Source: Ginglymostoma cirratum
Taxonomy: Eukaryota
DNA: 64,000 nucleotides
NCBI GenBank assembly: GCA_024137785.1
Contig: JAHRHZ010000145.1
Coordinates: 32,113,336 to 32,177,335, forward strand
Direction of reading: 5' to 3'
The position numbers and the translations under genes were made by a program. Below, one piece after another: positions 13,851 through 26,430 of this stretch (position 1 is its first letter; each line of letters begins with the position of its first letter). Under the pieces are notes generated by a model, which had not been told where the DNA came from, did no database searches, and worked only from the letters and a program-made list of their open reading frames with translations.

Positions 13851-16099
13851 CTTCAGTGATTTCATCTGGGATCAACTTAATCTCACGTCTTGTTTTGCTT
13901 TGTCAGCAAACCTGAATGTATTGCACTCGGTTAATGGTCCTTCCACAGGAATAAGGAAGATAGAGCACTTATAAGAAATAGGAGACTTTGAAGAAAATTG
14001 ACACTAAGAAGGAAAGTGGACACCTTTGAATAAATTATCCCCCACTATTACTACTGCACCAGAGACCATTCTTCCATATTTAACTGAGCAAAGGTACATC
14101 GAATCTGAACCTGCAATGTTGTTGATAATAAATGAAGCAAAGTAACTCTGCTTTATAAAAGTAATAATGTGCTTTATTTAGCAATCTTACAGAGTCCATT
14201 AGTTCGCTAGGATAAAATAAACAAATCTGTCATGTAATGCATACCTAATCTACAGTACATTTCAAAAGCTTTGTCTGGCATCATGTAGCTAAAATGCGTG
14301 CAATCTGATTATAACTCAGGAATTCTTTGCCAATAAACCATGAAAAATGACAGAAAAAGACTGAAAGGCTGCATTAATTTTTGAAATTCACAGTATAGTA
14401 TCAAACATATTATCAAATGGAAAAAGTGAGCTTTGGAGGCTTCCAAAATATAAAATCATCTGTAACCTGACAGCCAAAGGGCAACACCCTAAATACTTGC
14501 TTTTATATGCTATGGAAATAGTTGCTCTAAAAGCATTTAATCAGCTTAATGTCAAAGCTGGGATAAATATAAATCTTTAAGTGATGTTGAGAGTTATTAG
14601 TCACCATATGGATAATCAAAGTAAGTGTTCTGCAATTGAAAAAATTGCTTCGTAAGTGTTTTTGGTTCATAATGCTTTATTCAGATCAAATGGGATTTGG
14701 CCACCAAGGAAAACATAACCGAAAACAAAGACCCCAGATTTCTTTTTGTAATGCTAACTTCAATTAACTCCTTTCCTTGCTAATCACAAATTACAAATAA
14801 AAACATAGCAGCACCTAGTTTCACATCATGCAAATATTTTAAAAAGTTCACATGCGTGAACGAGTAAATATTAACCAACAATGATAACACTTGCCAGCAG
14901 CTCACACTCCCCTTCATTGATGTGAATGTCTCAACCAGATGAATGCACCTGCAAACTATAGGAGAATGGATGAATTTCAATGGGGTGCAGCACATTTTGG
15001 TATCTGAGTTCCAAATGTTAGAGAGTACTTCTGGTGATTGATGAGGAAAGGTAACAATTAAGTGATGAGTTATATATCTATGTCTTTAAGACAATAAGAA
15101 ACTGTGAAAATATTGAAGAACATAAATGATAGCACCAAAGTAAGATCAAATTAATACTGTGAAGCAATGCAATGAAAAAAATGCAGCTAATAGAGATTTG
15201 CTCTGTTCATTGCATTTTGCCTCTGAATAAGATTTTTACAGCTTCAAGTTCCAGTACAAGGTGAGCACATACTGTTTCCTGATTCTTGAACTGAATGTTG
15301 AGAGAACTCACTTTTACACGCAAAACAGGACTCGGTCATTTCAGCTTTCTAGCCTGTTCTATCATTCAATTCTATCCTGACTAATCAATACTTTATACTT
15401 TCTTTTTGCAAATTGTTATGTGGCAAAAATCAATAGATCTGGTCCTGTGAAGTCCCATTGATCTCTATCCAATTTTTGGGGGAAGGAAGTTCCAGATTGC
15501 CACTATCCTTTGTGCAATTGATCTCTAGTTTTAAAATCAATCTGTCCTGTTTTTGATTCTCTGTATTTAAATTTAATCATTTGAAACTCTTCAATGATAT
15601 CACCCCCATCCATCTAAACTCAATGGGATATGGGCTAATTGTGTTTGATCTATCCTCAGTTTAATTCTTTAAACATTCTAGGAAATCTCCTATGGAAATA
15701 CCTGCAAGGCTACTTTTTAATCATTTCTGTTGTTCGGTGTTTAAAACTGAGTGCAGAACCTGATAAAGCTGGGCAAGGTTCTGAATAACTGAAGTATAGG
15801 TGTGAAGTTTAATAGAGTGTACTGCGGTGGGCCAAATGTGAAAGTATTTAAAAATCTCAAAACTGAGCACAGTCTGTCTCTAATACAACAACTCCAGTGT
15901 TTAACAGAGATGGGACAAGGGGTGGACTTTCAAGCCTTTTCTAGGAGACCTATTAACAATTTAAATATTTTAATCATGTTGATAGTCTCTGATTCAACCC
16001 ACTTGAAAGGTTTAACAATGGCTGTCCTGTTTTTTCTGGGCCTAAGAAAAGTTGACAGCTCAAGTGAGACAAAAACAGTTTCTACTAGAAGCCCAGACA

Positions 16100-16182
16100 A
16101 CAAGGTGCAGAGCTGGCTGAACACATCAGGCCAAGCAGCCCAGGGGAGCAGGAAGGCCGACGCTTCAGGCCCAGACCCTTCC
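16100..16182 (-). mobile_element. Penelope-derived short repeat
   Basis: Reverse complement of the repeat at 20049-20175 and 30710-30830. Confidence 0.8.
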
Positions 16183-17254
16183 CCAAGTACCTTTTACAGC
16201 ATTGCTTGCATACTAGGAGTAGCATGCCTGCTTTTACCCATGTCCCTCCAGTCTCCCATTTTGTTCCTTTTCATACAAATAACCCCAAGGTCAGAGCTTG
16301 GACCACCAACAAATGCTTGTAGCTTGTATAGGCTCCCTACCTGGGACTTCACCATGTCCAGGAACTCTCTCTGCTCACCACTCTTCCAGGTGAACATCTA
16401 GTCAAGGGGAGCAGTTGTAAAAGTTAAAACTCTTACCTCATGCAAGGAAAATCCATTCTGAATTCTTTAACCTCACCGCTGCTTGTGTAACCAGTCCTTG
16501 TCAACATTAGAATCATAAGTTCCCCACTTTTACCTTCCTGTCCATGAGACAAAAATAACCAACCATTTGACTTTGACTTATTTCTATATTCATGGGCAAG
16601 CTTTCGTTATTTGTGTATCGACACACCTAAACCTCCTCTGAAATTCTTAGTCTTTCACCATTAAGAAAATATTCTAACACAATTCTCAGTTTCAAAGTGG
16701 TTACTCACAGTTTTGCACTCTGAATTTCATCTAGCAAAATTCTGTCCATTCATTAAATCTGTATGTCCCTTTGTAATTCGCTTTTCCCATCCTCATAGCT
16801 CACTGGTATCTTCAAATTGGATGTACATATCTGTATTGCATCATCAATGCATTAAATATAGGATAAATTGCTGAGAGTCCTAGGGAACACTACAGAGCAC
16901 AATCGCAGAATGGCCCCTTTATACCTACTTTCATGTTCTTAATCAATTACTAACCAATTTTATTTCCACTTTCATGTACTCTCCCTTTTACAAATAACCT
17001 CTTGTAACTTTGATCTTCCAAAAGTCTGTTAAGTAACATTTACAGATGCTCCCCTACATATTATGCTCGTGATCTTCTTAAAAAAATTCAATGAGATTGT
17101 TCAGATGCGCTATGCCTCATAAATCCATGCTAATTCTCTTTAATCAGCCTGTACTCATCTAAGAAGCCAGTCAAGCTAAGTATAAATTCTAACCAATCAG
17201 TGTTAAATTGACAGGTCTGTAGTTACCTTGGATGGAATTATATTCATCCTGGAG

Positions 17255-17850
17255 GTGAGGTAGGGATGTGGCATTTATTCGATCAGGAAGGTGCAGGGTG
17301 GAGACACCGTCACCATCCCAAATCTCTCCAATTATATCCAGGGGAAAGCTTAAGAAAAACCTTCTTAAATAAAAGCCATTTGAGGCACTTATCTAAGAGC
17401 CTCATCCTGCCATTGCTGATATTTTACCACATCACATTGACAACCTGCCAAGTTAATCCTGGTGGGTATTCTGCAGTCTGGAGGGATGATATACCTTCTA
17501 CTTGGGTGGCCCATTCTCAAGGGAGATATCACTAGAGAAATAGGTCACCCTCAGTGTACCCTAAATACTAACTTCCCTCCTATTCTACTTATCTTACGCC
17601 AGGGGCTCCATCATTGATCCTCTACTTGGCTGTCCTATAGTACTGACAGTGGCACTCCCAGTGCTGCTGCCAGTACAGGAGAGATGCCAGTCTGGTTGCT
17701 CGTTTGGGGAAGGATAATTCTTCCCTCCCCCCTCATACTAATAATGTGCTAATTTAATGTCCTGGCACACCTGGTGCAGCTAAGAGCGCCAGCGGCTGGG
17801 TTCCCACAGTCTGTTATCGCTTTATTCTGTCAGGGCACCTGGAGATCATT
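17255..17850. mobile_element. Non-autonomous Harbinger-like element inserted in CR1
   Basis: GC-richer block interrupting the CR1; shares the cagtggcact...tgctgc motif with 28328-29015 and 42850-43420. Confidence 0.4.
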
Positions 17851-18864
17851 AAATGCTGCATCTGATTCTGTCTCCTCTTCTTAAATGATGAAGAGACTTC
17901 TACAATTTTTCAAATACAAAGACACAATTATTGCATTTACAAAACTTCAGGACATCTTATCTGAAGAATCTACAATTCCCTCAACTATTTCCATCAGTAC
18001 CTTAATGCGGAAACTATCAGGTTCTGAAGATTTGTTTGTCTTAAGTCCAACTATTATCTCCCTATAATTTTCTTTATTCATATTAGTCACTAAATGATAT
18101 TATTAGTCATCACTTTTATTGATGCTCCTTTAGGTTTCTTTTCACTGTTGTTAATTTGTCCATTTTGACTGCGAAAATGGATTTCAAGTATTAATTTAAC
18201 CTGCTTCATACAAGTATGAAATCAATTCTTCCTTTATCACGTTTCTTCTGTTACTATATTTTTAAAGACTTTTGCTATTATCTTAGATCATTTCAGCAAG
18301 TTTTTTTTTTAATCTTCAGCTTTTGTGCCTTCCATTGTAATTTTGTGTTCTTCTGTTACATTTTATAATTCAGCCAGTTAGCTGAATGTCCACCTTTTCT
18401 TACAAATGTATTAATTGTGATGTGCTATTACCTTATTTGGCGACAATGGTTACAGAAGTAATCAAGATTTACACGGACATGTACATTATTTTTCACTTTA
18501 TCAATCAAGTGCTTGCTTAATTCCATTATTTTGTGATAGGTATTGCTATTTATAGAACAGTCCAGTTAACTGTTGTTATTTAATTGCTCATCCTTCAAAG
18601 CTTGCTTAGTTAAATTTGCAACTTTGGTTTGTGACCCTTTTTTCCTTTTAAAACCTACAGTCCAAATCAATCATATTATGGTTGCTATTTACGAAAATGA
18701 TCACAGAACAACAAATTGCTTCCTAAATTTGATTTGCTGCTTATCATTAAATCGAATATTGCCTATTCTTTGTTGGCTTTAAAACACACAACATCTCAGG
18801 AAAGACTGAACAGGCTGGCAATTTCTTCCTGAAGAGGGAAATGAGATGTAGCCAGAGAGAGTTG

Positions 18865-19072
18865 TGGGGCAGTTTGCTCAGTTGGATGGATGGTTGGTTG
18901 GTTTACAATCCAGAGTGGCACCAACAATGCCAGGTCAATTCTTGTACCAGCTGAAATCACCATGCAGGTTTTACCTTTTTGACCTTGCCCCTCACTAACC
19001 CTCAGATTAAACCACCACCTCTCACCTCTCCCTAACATTACAGCAGCATCTGGGCTTATGGCAACTTTACAT
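18865..19072 (+). mobile_element. tRNA-derived SINE (same family as 5752-5985)
   Basis: ggggcagtttgctcagttgg...ggtcaattcttgtaccagctgaaatcaccatg...attaaaccaccacc...atggcaactttac. Confidence 0.65.
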
Positions 19073-19099
19073 TTCCAACATTTAAATTATAAAGTGCTT

Positions 19100-19655
19100 C
19101 AATAGGGCAAGCATAGAGAAGATGTTTACACATGAAGTGGGGAATCATTACATGAACTGATTTCTTATGAATGTTTTGATGGATTTATTAGTAACGTCTT
19201 TACTCAGAAAGTGGTGAGGGTGTGGAAATGGCAACCACATGGACTGGTGGAGAAGATCAACTGATTTATTTAACAGGAGATTAGGTAAGTATATGAAAGA
19301 GAAGGGAATCAAAGGAAGTGGTGATAGGGCAAGGTGCATTAGGGTGGGAAGACGCTAATTGGAAGCACAAACACTGGATAGCCAAGTTCTATGCCGCAAT
19401 TTCTACATAATTATTTTGGATTTGAGGAAAAGATTTTTCACCCAGAGGGTAGTGGTTATCTGGAATTGAGAAGGTGATAAAGGTAGAGAATTTTAAGAAC
19501 TATTTAAATGAGCACTTGAAAAGCCATAGTATACAAGGCTATGGGACAAGTGCTAGATAATGAGATTAGAACATATGGATGATTGACGACTGGCCTGGAA
19601 ACAATGGGCTGAAAGACCTCTTTCCATGCTATAAAAACTCAATGCCTCTATGCTT
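19100..19655 (+). mobile_element. Two tandem CR1 3'-end fragments
   Basis: tttactcagaaagtggtgagggtgtggaa; tttttcacccagagggtagtggttatctggaa; atgggctgaaagacc...atgcctctatg. Confidence 0.7.
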
Positions 19656-20048
19656 ATATGTACTGCAGATATTTTTTCCTTTCCCTTACATTTTTTAGTT
19701 GCGCACATTTTCCCATTCCACTTTCCGAACTAGTTCAAATCTTTTACCACTGTCCTAAATTTCAGCTAAAATGATAAACTGTCTGTCAGCTCAGGTGCAT
19801 ATAAAAATATCCTGTGGAAATATTTTGAAGATTAGGGAGACCTCCTTATGCCCTGATCAACATTTCTCCTACTAACATAACCCAGGCAGGTTATTTGATC
19901 GTTCTTTTACGTGCTACTTTTGGAACTAATTCTGACCAAATCGTCCCTTGTTTTTGTTACATAAAGGAACATAATTAAACAAAGATAACCAATGGGTTGT
20001 AACTGATTTTGAATGTCCCAAGCATATGAAAGGAGGCATAGAAATTTT

Positions 20049-20175
20049 CTGAAGAAGGGTGTAGGCCCAAACGTCAGCCTTCCTGCTCCTCTGATGCTGC
20101 TTGGCCTGCTGTGTTCATCCAGCTCCACACCTTGTTATCTCAGATTCTCCAGCATCTGCAGTTCCTAGTATCTCT
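20049..20175 (+). mobile_element. Penelope-derived short repeat with a degenerate hammerhead-like core
   Basis: ctgaagaagggtgtaggcccaaacgtcagc...gatgctgcttggcctgctgtgttcatccagc...gattctccagcatctgcag. Confidence 0.85.
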
Positions 20176-20264
20176 ACAAATGCAAACTATTTCTTTAAGT
20201 ATATATTTTGTTGTTCCCTACCTCCACACCCAAAACCTGACTGTAGGTATCACTGTGCTTCATT

Positions 20265-20450
20265 AAAATGGTGAGAGAGACACAGTTAATGTTTCAAGTC
20301 CAAAGACATTTCTTCCGAAGCTGTAGAAGGAGTTGATACATCTTTCGCCTTGAAAGGTTAACTCTGTTTCTCTCTTCACAGATGCTGTCAGACCTGTTGA
20401 GTTTCTCCAGCATTTTCAGTTTTTATTTCCAGCTTTCATAGTATTTTGTT
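20265..20450 (+). mobile_element. Older Penelope-derived repeat (inverted arms)
   Basis: gagagagacacagttaatgtttcaag ... cttgaaaggttaactctgtttctctc ... cagatgctgtcagacctgttgagtttctccagcatt. Confidence 0.7.
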
Positions 20451-21259
20451 TCCATTTGAATGTTTATTTCGCTGCCAGTTCTCTTCCAGGTATGCCCACT
20501 TTGAAGTTCTGCTCTTATTTGTGATGGGGCTCTCATTTAAATATTTCTGCTCATCCTGCTACATCAGTTTCTACGACCCTCTTAGGACTGAACCATACTT
20601 TTAGTTTTGAAGAAGTGCAAGTTGCGTTGACTTTTTTTTGCAGGGATTTTTGCCATAGAGCCAAGTAAGATTTCTCACTGTATTTTACAAAAGCACCTCA
20701 TAACTACCTACCCTGCGCCATGGCATTCCTCATGTCTGATTCTATTGTCATTAAATTGCATGCCATTTCCAGAATAACACGCCATTCACCAGATATCTGG
20801 TAAGAATCTGGCACTACTTGCACACATGCCATCTTTAAAAGCCCATTGTCCACCCAGACAACAACTGTCAGTCCGGACCCACCTTGCACAGTTCCTGACA
20901 TATTCCTTGGATTTGGCAGACAGAGGGAAATTAGCACCACACATTGCAGATATGGTGTTGGAGCTCCTGCTGGACCTATTGGTGAAGACACAGGATGTCC
21001 TGTTCCCCCCAGGACCAGCAAAGAAGGCCACAGGAGCAAACCTAGCCTACTGGTTTTGTGCAGTCTCAGCTGTCTGGAAGGGTACCCAGTAGTCCAGAAA
21101 GAAGGCCAATGACCTTCTCTGTACTGCCAGAATAGATGGCCCCATCTCTCTCCTACACCTCTCACACACTATCTCTCCTAATGTACCCACCTCCCACCAA
21201 GTCCCATGCTCTATCAGTGTCACTGTTTCTGCAATATCTTCTGTCTCTGTCTGACCTGA

Positions 21260-21262
<3 letters not shown>

Positions 21263-21291
<29 letters not shown>
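21263..21291. repeat. (CA)n microsatellite
   Basis: Direct reading. Confidence 0.95.
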
Positions 21292-21293
<2 letters not shown>

Positions 21294-21660
21294 ACCCCTG
21301 CCAAAGACAACACTAACCCTGTATATCCTCCACACTGCCTACTTACTCACTCAGGGCATTTTCCATCTGCACAGAAAGTAATAGTTGTGTCACCCTTTTT
21401 CACTTCTTTACTAACTGCCTTTCTCTCATTTCACATAAAACACAGGCTACAATTGGGAAGAAAGGTTCAAGACAAGTGATGTGCTAACTAACATTCAGCT
21501 TCTCACTCCTTCTGAAGAGCCGATCCTGACTTTGGCTGCCCCAAGTGCCTGAATGTCCATGTCCCAGCCCGTGGGCTGGTATCAGAGACAGCCCTTGACA
21601 TACTGCCTCAAGACCCCCTAAGCATAGGCTATCCCTCTTGACTGGACTGAGGTCTGCTGA

Positions 21661-21726
21661 GGGCATGGAAGAGTTGGACGGAAGGGTCTGTTTCAGTGCT
21701 GTACATCTCTATGACTCTATGACTCC
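21661..21726 (+). mobile_element. CR1 extreme 3' end with (CTATGACT)n tail
   Basis: gggcatggaagagttggacggaagggtctgtttcagtgctgtacatctctatgactctatgactc. Confidence 0.85.
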
Positions 21727-24700
21727 AAGATAACTAAGATTCCTGAGTTTGAATCTCTGATAAACAGCAAGGCAAGAGAGAAGTAATATGAACCTGCTAC
21801 CTCTGGCTAAGGGGGAAATACCCAAAACGACATAGTAAAGCAATGAGCTGGGGATACTGCCTGTGGTCCATGAGCTGGATTCATGTTCCTGAGCAAAAGT
21901 ATTCTTACTGCAGCATTACAATGATAGTTGTTGTTGTGCTCTGAGGTGCATAATTAAAATGCTGGCAATAATGTTAGTGGTTTGCATATGTTGGATGCTA
22001 ATGTCTGTGAACATGGTTTGTACTTGGCTGTACCAATGGAGTATGGCCTGAGATATTAGTGCCAGTGTTCCACATGGAGTCTCTTCAGAGCAAGCAGCAA
22101 GCTGAAATCACCAGCTACCTATTCGGACTTCCATATTGAGAATAGTTGATGGCTAGTTTGTTCAGTGCATTTGGTAAGATAGAAAGCAGAATATTAATGA
22201 GGTGAGTTGTGGAATTAATAAGATGTTTAACAAGCTTTAATTCCCCTTAATCCTTAATTTGCCACTAACAATTAGATCACCTTGCCTCTTGCTAAATGCA
22301 TGAACAATGCAGTGAGATGCTCCTGAAGCTGAGATAGTCCTCAGCAGACTTTTCATCCAGTTCTGAAACAAATCTTGTGATAGTAAATATCATTCAGGTA
22401 CCTCGTGTTTGATAAGATGTTTGTGAAAACTTGTTTTCACAATCACATCTGCTGCCTCAGTGATTGCCTCCAGCTAAGTCTTCCTCCTTTATATCTATCC
22501 AAGGTAGCAAACAGGCATTGGAAAACCAATGCTCATAATAACTGTCCACATTGCTTTGACGCTGATAAGCTAAGCTGAAGAGAATCCATGAATGTCATCT
22601 ATAGTTTGCCATCTTCTTTTACTACCAAATGCATTTTCTTCAAATTGGAAACAGCTAACAGAATGATCAATTCATTGAAGAAGAAGACAGTTGAATGGTA
22701 ATAAGAAATCCAAAATAAGAATTTAAAAGTTAGTATTGCAGTTGGAATTTGCTGAAGTCCCTCCAGTAGCAAACCAAGCTTGAGAACCAAAGATTTAAAA
22801 CACATATACATCTCAACTTTTAACCAAAACACTTCATATGAGCAGTATCAGTATATGCGGTCAAGTTACAAATATTCCCATTCTATTTTAATAAGGCTCA
22901 GTGCATTCTTCAAACTTGTATTTATCAGGCATAATTTGCAAAGTATTCCGAGGACAAATGAGGAGACCAGGGAAATGCGTAACGCTCCAATAAAAGGCCA
23001 AAGGAACTGAGGGCACACCAGTTAAACCTTAATGAAATGTCAAGTCATAGAGACAATTCACGGCATGTTACTAGTGCAGCAAAATGAATTCTGTTTGCCA
23101 AATAATCAATACTCATTTTAGCATCCTTCCTGATACGCAGCAATTTGTCTTGAAAACTGAACACTGTCACTTTTTATATGTCTCGAAATGATTTGCTTTT
23201 TTACTGATGTGTCTTCCATGGTGAGAGTATGGATACAGTGTTATTAAAAACACTAACCCAGCTTCTCCCTGAAAATGACACCTTACATTCCCAAGCAGTA
23301 ATTAAGCAGTCACTTAAAGATACTCATTAGCTATGTTCTTCATATAATTAGATATCCTTAATATCGAAGGAGGCATTTGGACTCTCTCGACTGCTTTGGA
23401 TTTTGGCCCTTTTAAGTTGCCTAACGATGGGTATCTTTTGAGGCAAGGACCAACTCCGTATAGAATAGGAGACACCAGCTAAATGTCATAAGTTTACCAC
23501 CTGACTTAAATATTATCCACTCCCACCATTCTACAATTTATTGCCTCCACCTTGGAATGCCTACGGTTCATGAAACATTTCTTTACATCTTACAATGCAG
23601 TAGGGCAGTAACATTTCAGCAGCAATAAGGAAGACAACATTAATCTTTTGGAAGTACTGGAACCCATTTACATCACTGTAGGATTATTTTGTAAAATAGA
23701 ACAGATATTGCAGTTTAATTTGAATTCATCTTCCAGATATTAGGTTGTTTCTTTTAAATCTTAGAGCCCCACTGAGGTAAGGAAAATCACAATGGTTGCA
23801 CTGCTAATTACATGAGGCTGTGACTGTAAGAATAATGTTGCCTGTGGCAAACAGCCCATTATGAAATGATTACCCTTTCTATCCCATTGTTCTTTCAAAA
23901 TAATAGGTAAGTGGCATAAATTTGATATGAAGAAAATAAACTGCAACCATAAAAGCCCCATGTCTTAAGATCCTTAGTAGTAATAGCTGTTTCAATCAAT
24001 AAAATATCATACTGGTTTGCGGACACACATATGGATATCATTTCCTCCAGATGCCCACTGATTTCTGATGAATGCCAAACAGTACTTAATAAAATGCACA
24101 AATGCAAACTATCCTTTTCTTTTAAAATGTGAAATCTCAATAGTCACATACTAAGCAAATTCAGCAACCAAGGAACGCTTCTCCGGGTGCTTAGGTTCCA
24201 GTAAGAACACATTGTATTCTAATGAAATGAATACGTTGATATTGTGTTTTCCTTTACTTAACAATAATGTATGTGGCGTAAAAGATTTGTAAGAATAATT
24301 TGACGGTTCTGAGATCCTCCTGCAAAACAAAAATAGCCTGTTGGAAATCCTGGTGCAACAGGGCAATAGAATTTGGCCTTTTCAGAAAGATGGGGTTTAG
24401 TGAAAAATGTAAGTGCAGTAGTTACCCAGTGCCCAGGTCAAAGTCTCATTGAAAGACCAATGGCTGAATATTACATTATTTTGGCTATTTGTCAAGTTTC
24501 ACGAAGGGTTTATTTTCAAGAGGGCCACTGTGTTTTATGACACTATCACGTCATTCCCTTCTCACTTACTACCTACTAGCCCTATGGCAAAACTTTCACC
24601 CAATGCAAAGACTGCTGCTGCTTGAATATTCTGGAGTGACCTGCATCCTTGGTGCTGGCAACACCTTTGAAAAGTTGTTGCATACCCAAACATGACGACA

Positions 24701-25092
24701 TTTGTCCTGGATAAGAGGACATTGGTGCCTTGCTTTATGGACTGGGACCTAGAGGTCCTGGTGAACAAGGTGGTGCAGAGCTGGGCTGTTCTCACCAGCA
24801 AGGACCACCAGGGAAGGGCACAACGCAAGACTCAACCAGCCTGACCCAAAGTTACCACCACCCTGGTCAGTGCAGTCTCAGCCATCTGGAGGAATGTCAG
24901 CAATGTAGAACGAAGGTTATTGGCCTTCACTGTTCCACCAGGGGTACTTGCCACCATCTTCTGTCTACTACCTCATACTCTCTCTGCCTGTGTAACTGCA
25001 CCCTATTCCCACCAAAGATCACACTCCACCACTCTCACTATTGAATGCAACATCTTCCCTCAATCAAATAAAAAATGAGAGATCTGCTCTCT

Positions 25093-25190
25093 CAGAGAAC
25101 TCTCGGGTCACCAGACCCGAGAGTTAACTCTGTTTATTCTCACGCAGATGCTGCCAGACATGCTGAGCTTTTCCAGCAACTTCTGTTTTT
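25093..25190 (+). mobile_element. Penelope-derived repeat with a 5' fold-back
   Basis: aactctcgggtc-acca-gacccgagagtt, then cagatgctgccagacatgctgagcttttccagcaacttctg. Confidence 0.75.
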
Positions 25191-25354
25191 CTTCCCTCAA
25201 TCACTCTCACCCACACCAACTCCCCACATCACGCATACTGCTTAGCCTATTCATTCACTTGGAACAACTTCTCACCCTCCTGCAGCACTACGAACAGCTC
25301 TGCCACCCAATTGCATCTCACTTAATACCTCCCTACGTCCCATACCCAGAGAAA

Positions 25355-25468
25355 ACAACCAACAAAGAACTGCAGATGCTGGGAATCTGAAGCATAAACA
25401 GACATTGCTGGAAAAACTCAGCAGGTCTGGCAGCATCTGTGGAGAGGAAGCAGAGTCAATATTTTGGG
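25355..25468 (-). mobile_element. Penelope-derived repeat
   Basis: aaagaactgcagatgctgggaatctgaagc...gctggaaaaactcagcaggtctggcagcatctgtggagag. Confidence 0.8.
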
Positions 25469-26108
25469 AGTCAATAATGAGTGGGTAAAGCACAAGAAGG
25501 CAAGGCAGGGATGTCGCGAGTATCCAGGCAGGCTCAAATTGAGTGTGTACTAAGAGAGAAATTGAACAGTTCTGAGATGCAGGCTGGTCCAGTCCATCAG
25601 CTGAGTGCCTGTCCCTGAGCACACAGTATTCTTGCAGGAGCATTACAACGAAAGTTGCTGGTGTGTCCTGAGTATACTTGTGAATTGTAAATGTGCTATG
25701 AAAACAGGCTAACAAGCTTCCAATGCCAAGATCCCTGGATGTGTGATTGTGTGTGTGTGGTGTATGAGTCGGGGGCGGGGGGCATGTAATTGCTACCCAT
25801 GGAACATGCCCTGAGATGCTGATACTGAATGTTCAAGGTGAAGGTTCTTAGGACCAAGTGGCAACGAAAATCATCAGTTACCCGCTCAGACATCCATGTC
25901 GAGTATTCTCAGCATCTATTTGCCTCATGTAGACGGAAGGATAGGAAGCTGCATATTTAATGAGTAAATTAATTTGGCTGACACCAAACAATGAACCCCT
26001 TTAGTAGGCATCTTGGTACTGCCTTGTGAGAATCCCATCTTGACATCCGGAACTATGTTTGAAAATGCAATTAGTTGCTCCCAATGTTGGGATTGATCTT
26101 GCTTGATT

Positions 26109-26430
26109 TAGAATCATAGAATTCCAACAGTCTGGAAGCAGGCCTTTCAGTCCATACAGATCCACCAAAGAGTATCCCATCAAGACCCACCCCCCGATCC
26201 TATCCCTGTAACCCTGCATCTCCGATGGCTAATCCACATAGCCTACACATCCCTGGACACTATCGGCAATTTAGCATGGCCAATCCACCAAATGTACACA
26301 TCTTTGGACTGTAGGAGGAAATACACACAGCCACAGGGAGAACCTGCAAACTCCATACAGTCACCCAAAGGTGGAGCCAAACCCAGGCCCCTGACACTGT
26401 GAGGCAGCAGTGCTAACCACTGAACCACCT
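26109..26430 (-). mobile_element. HE1-type V-SINE
   Basis: Reverse-complement match to 13492-13810 (tagaatcatagaa...ggcaatttagcatggccaatccac...gaggcagcagtgctaaccactg). Confidence 0.9.

Larger units (their letters stand above)
15320..18790 (-). mobile_element. Old decayed CR1 LINE (minus) with internal insertions
   Basis: CR1 3' UTR-like text at 15325-15700; RT-antisense motifs (aaatccatgc, gtgttaaattgacaggtctgtagttacc = NYRPV.LT) at ~17120-17225; endonuclease-antisense remnants at 18600-18780. Confidence 0.65.
20640..22440 (+). mobile_element. Harbinger remnant with a two-exon Myb/SANT-like gene (20913-21131; ~21437-21550)
   Basis: LADRGKLAPHIADMVLELLLDLLVKTQDVLFPPG...VSAVWKGTQ*SRKKANDLLCTAR, then a CA-rich intron, then GYNWEERFKTSDVLTNIQLLTPSEEPILTLA. 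Confidence 0.7.
24365..26045 (+). mobile_element. Harbinger remnant with Myb/SANT exon (24707-24943)
   Basis: LDKRTLVPCFMDWDLEVLVNKVVQSWAVL...VSAVSAIWRN/QQCRTKVIGLHCSTR|GT; homologous to 20913-21131. Confidence 0.7.

Noticed and set aside
15802-16401. 199-aa ORF
   Set aside because: No ATG start; spans decayed CR1 and a Penelope repeat; no recognisable protein.
20704-21165. 153-aa minus ORF and overlapping ORFs
   Set aside because: Antisense or alternative frames of a Harbinger Myb remnant.
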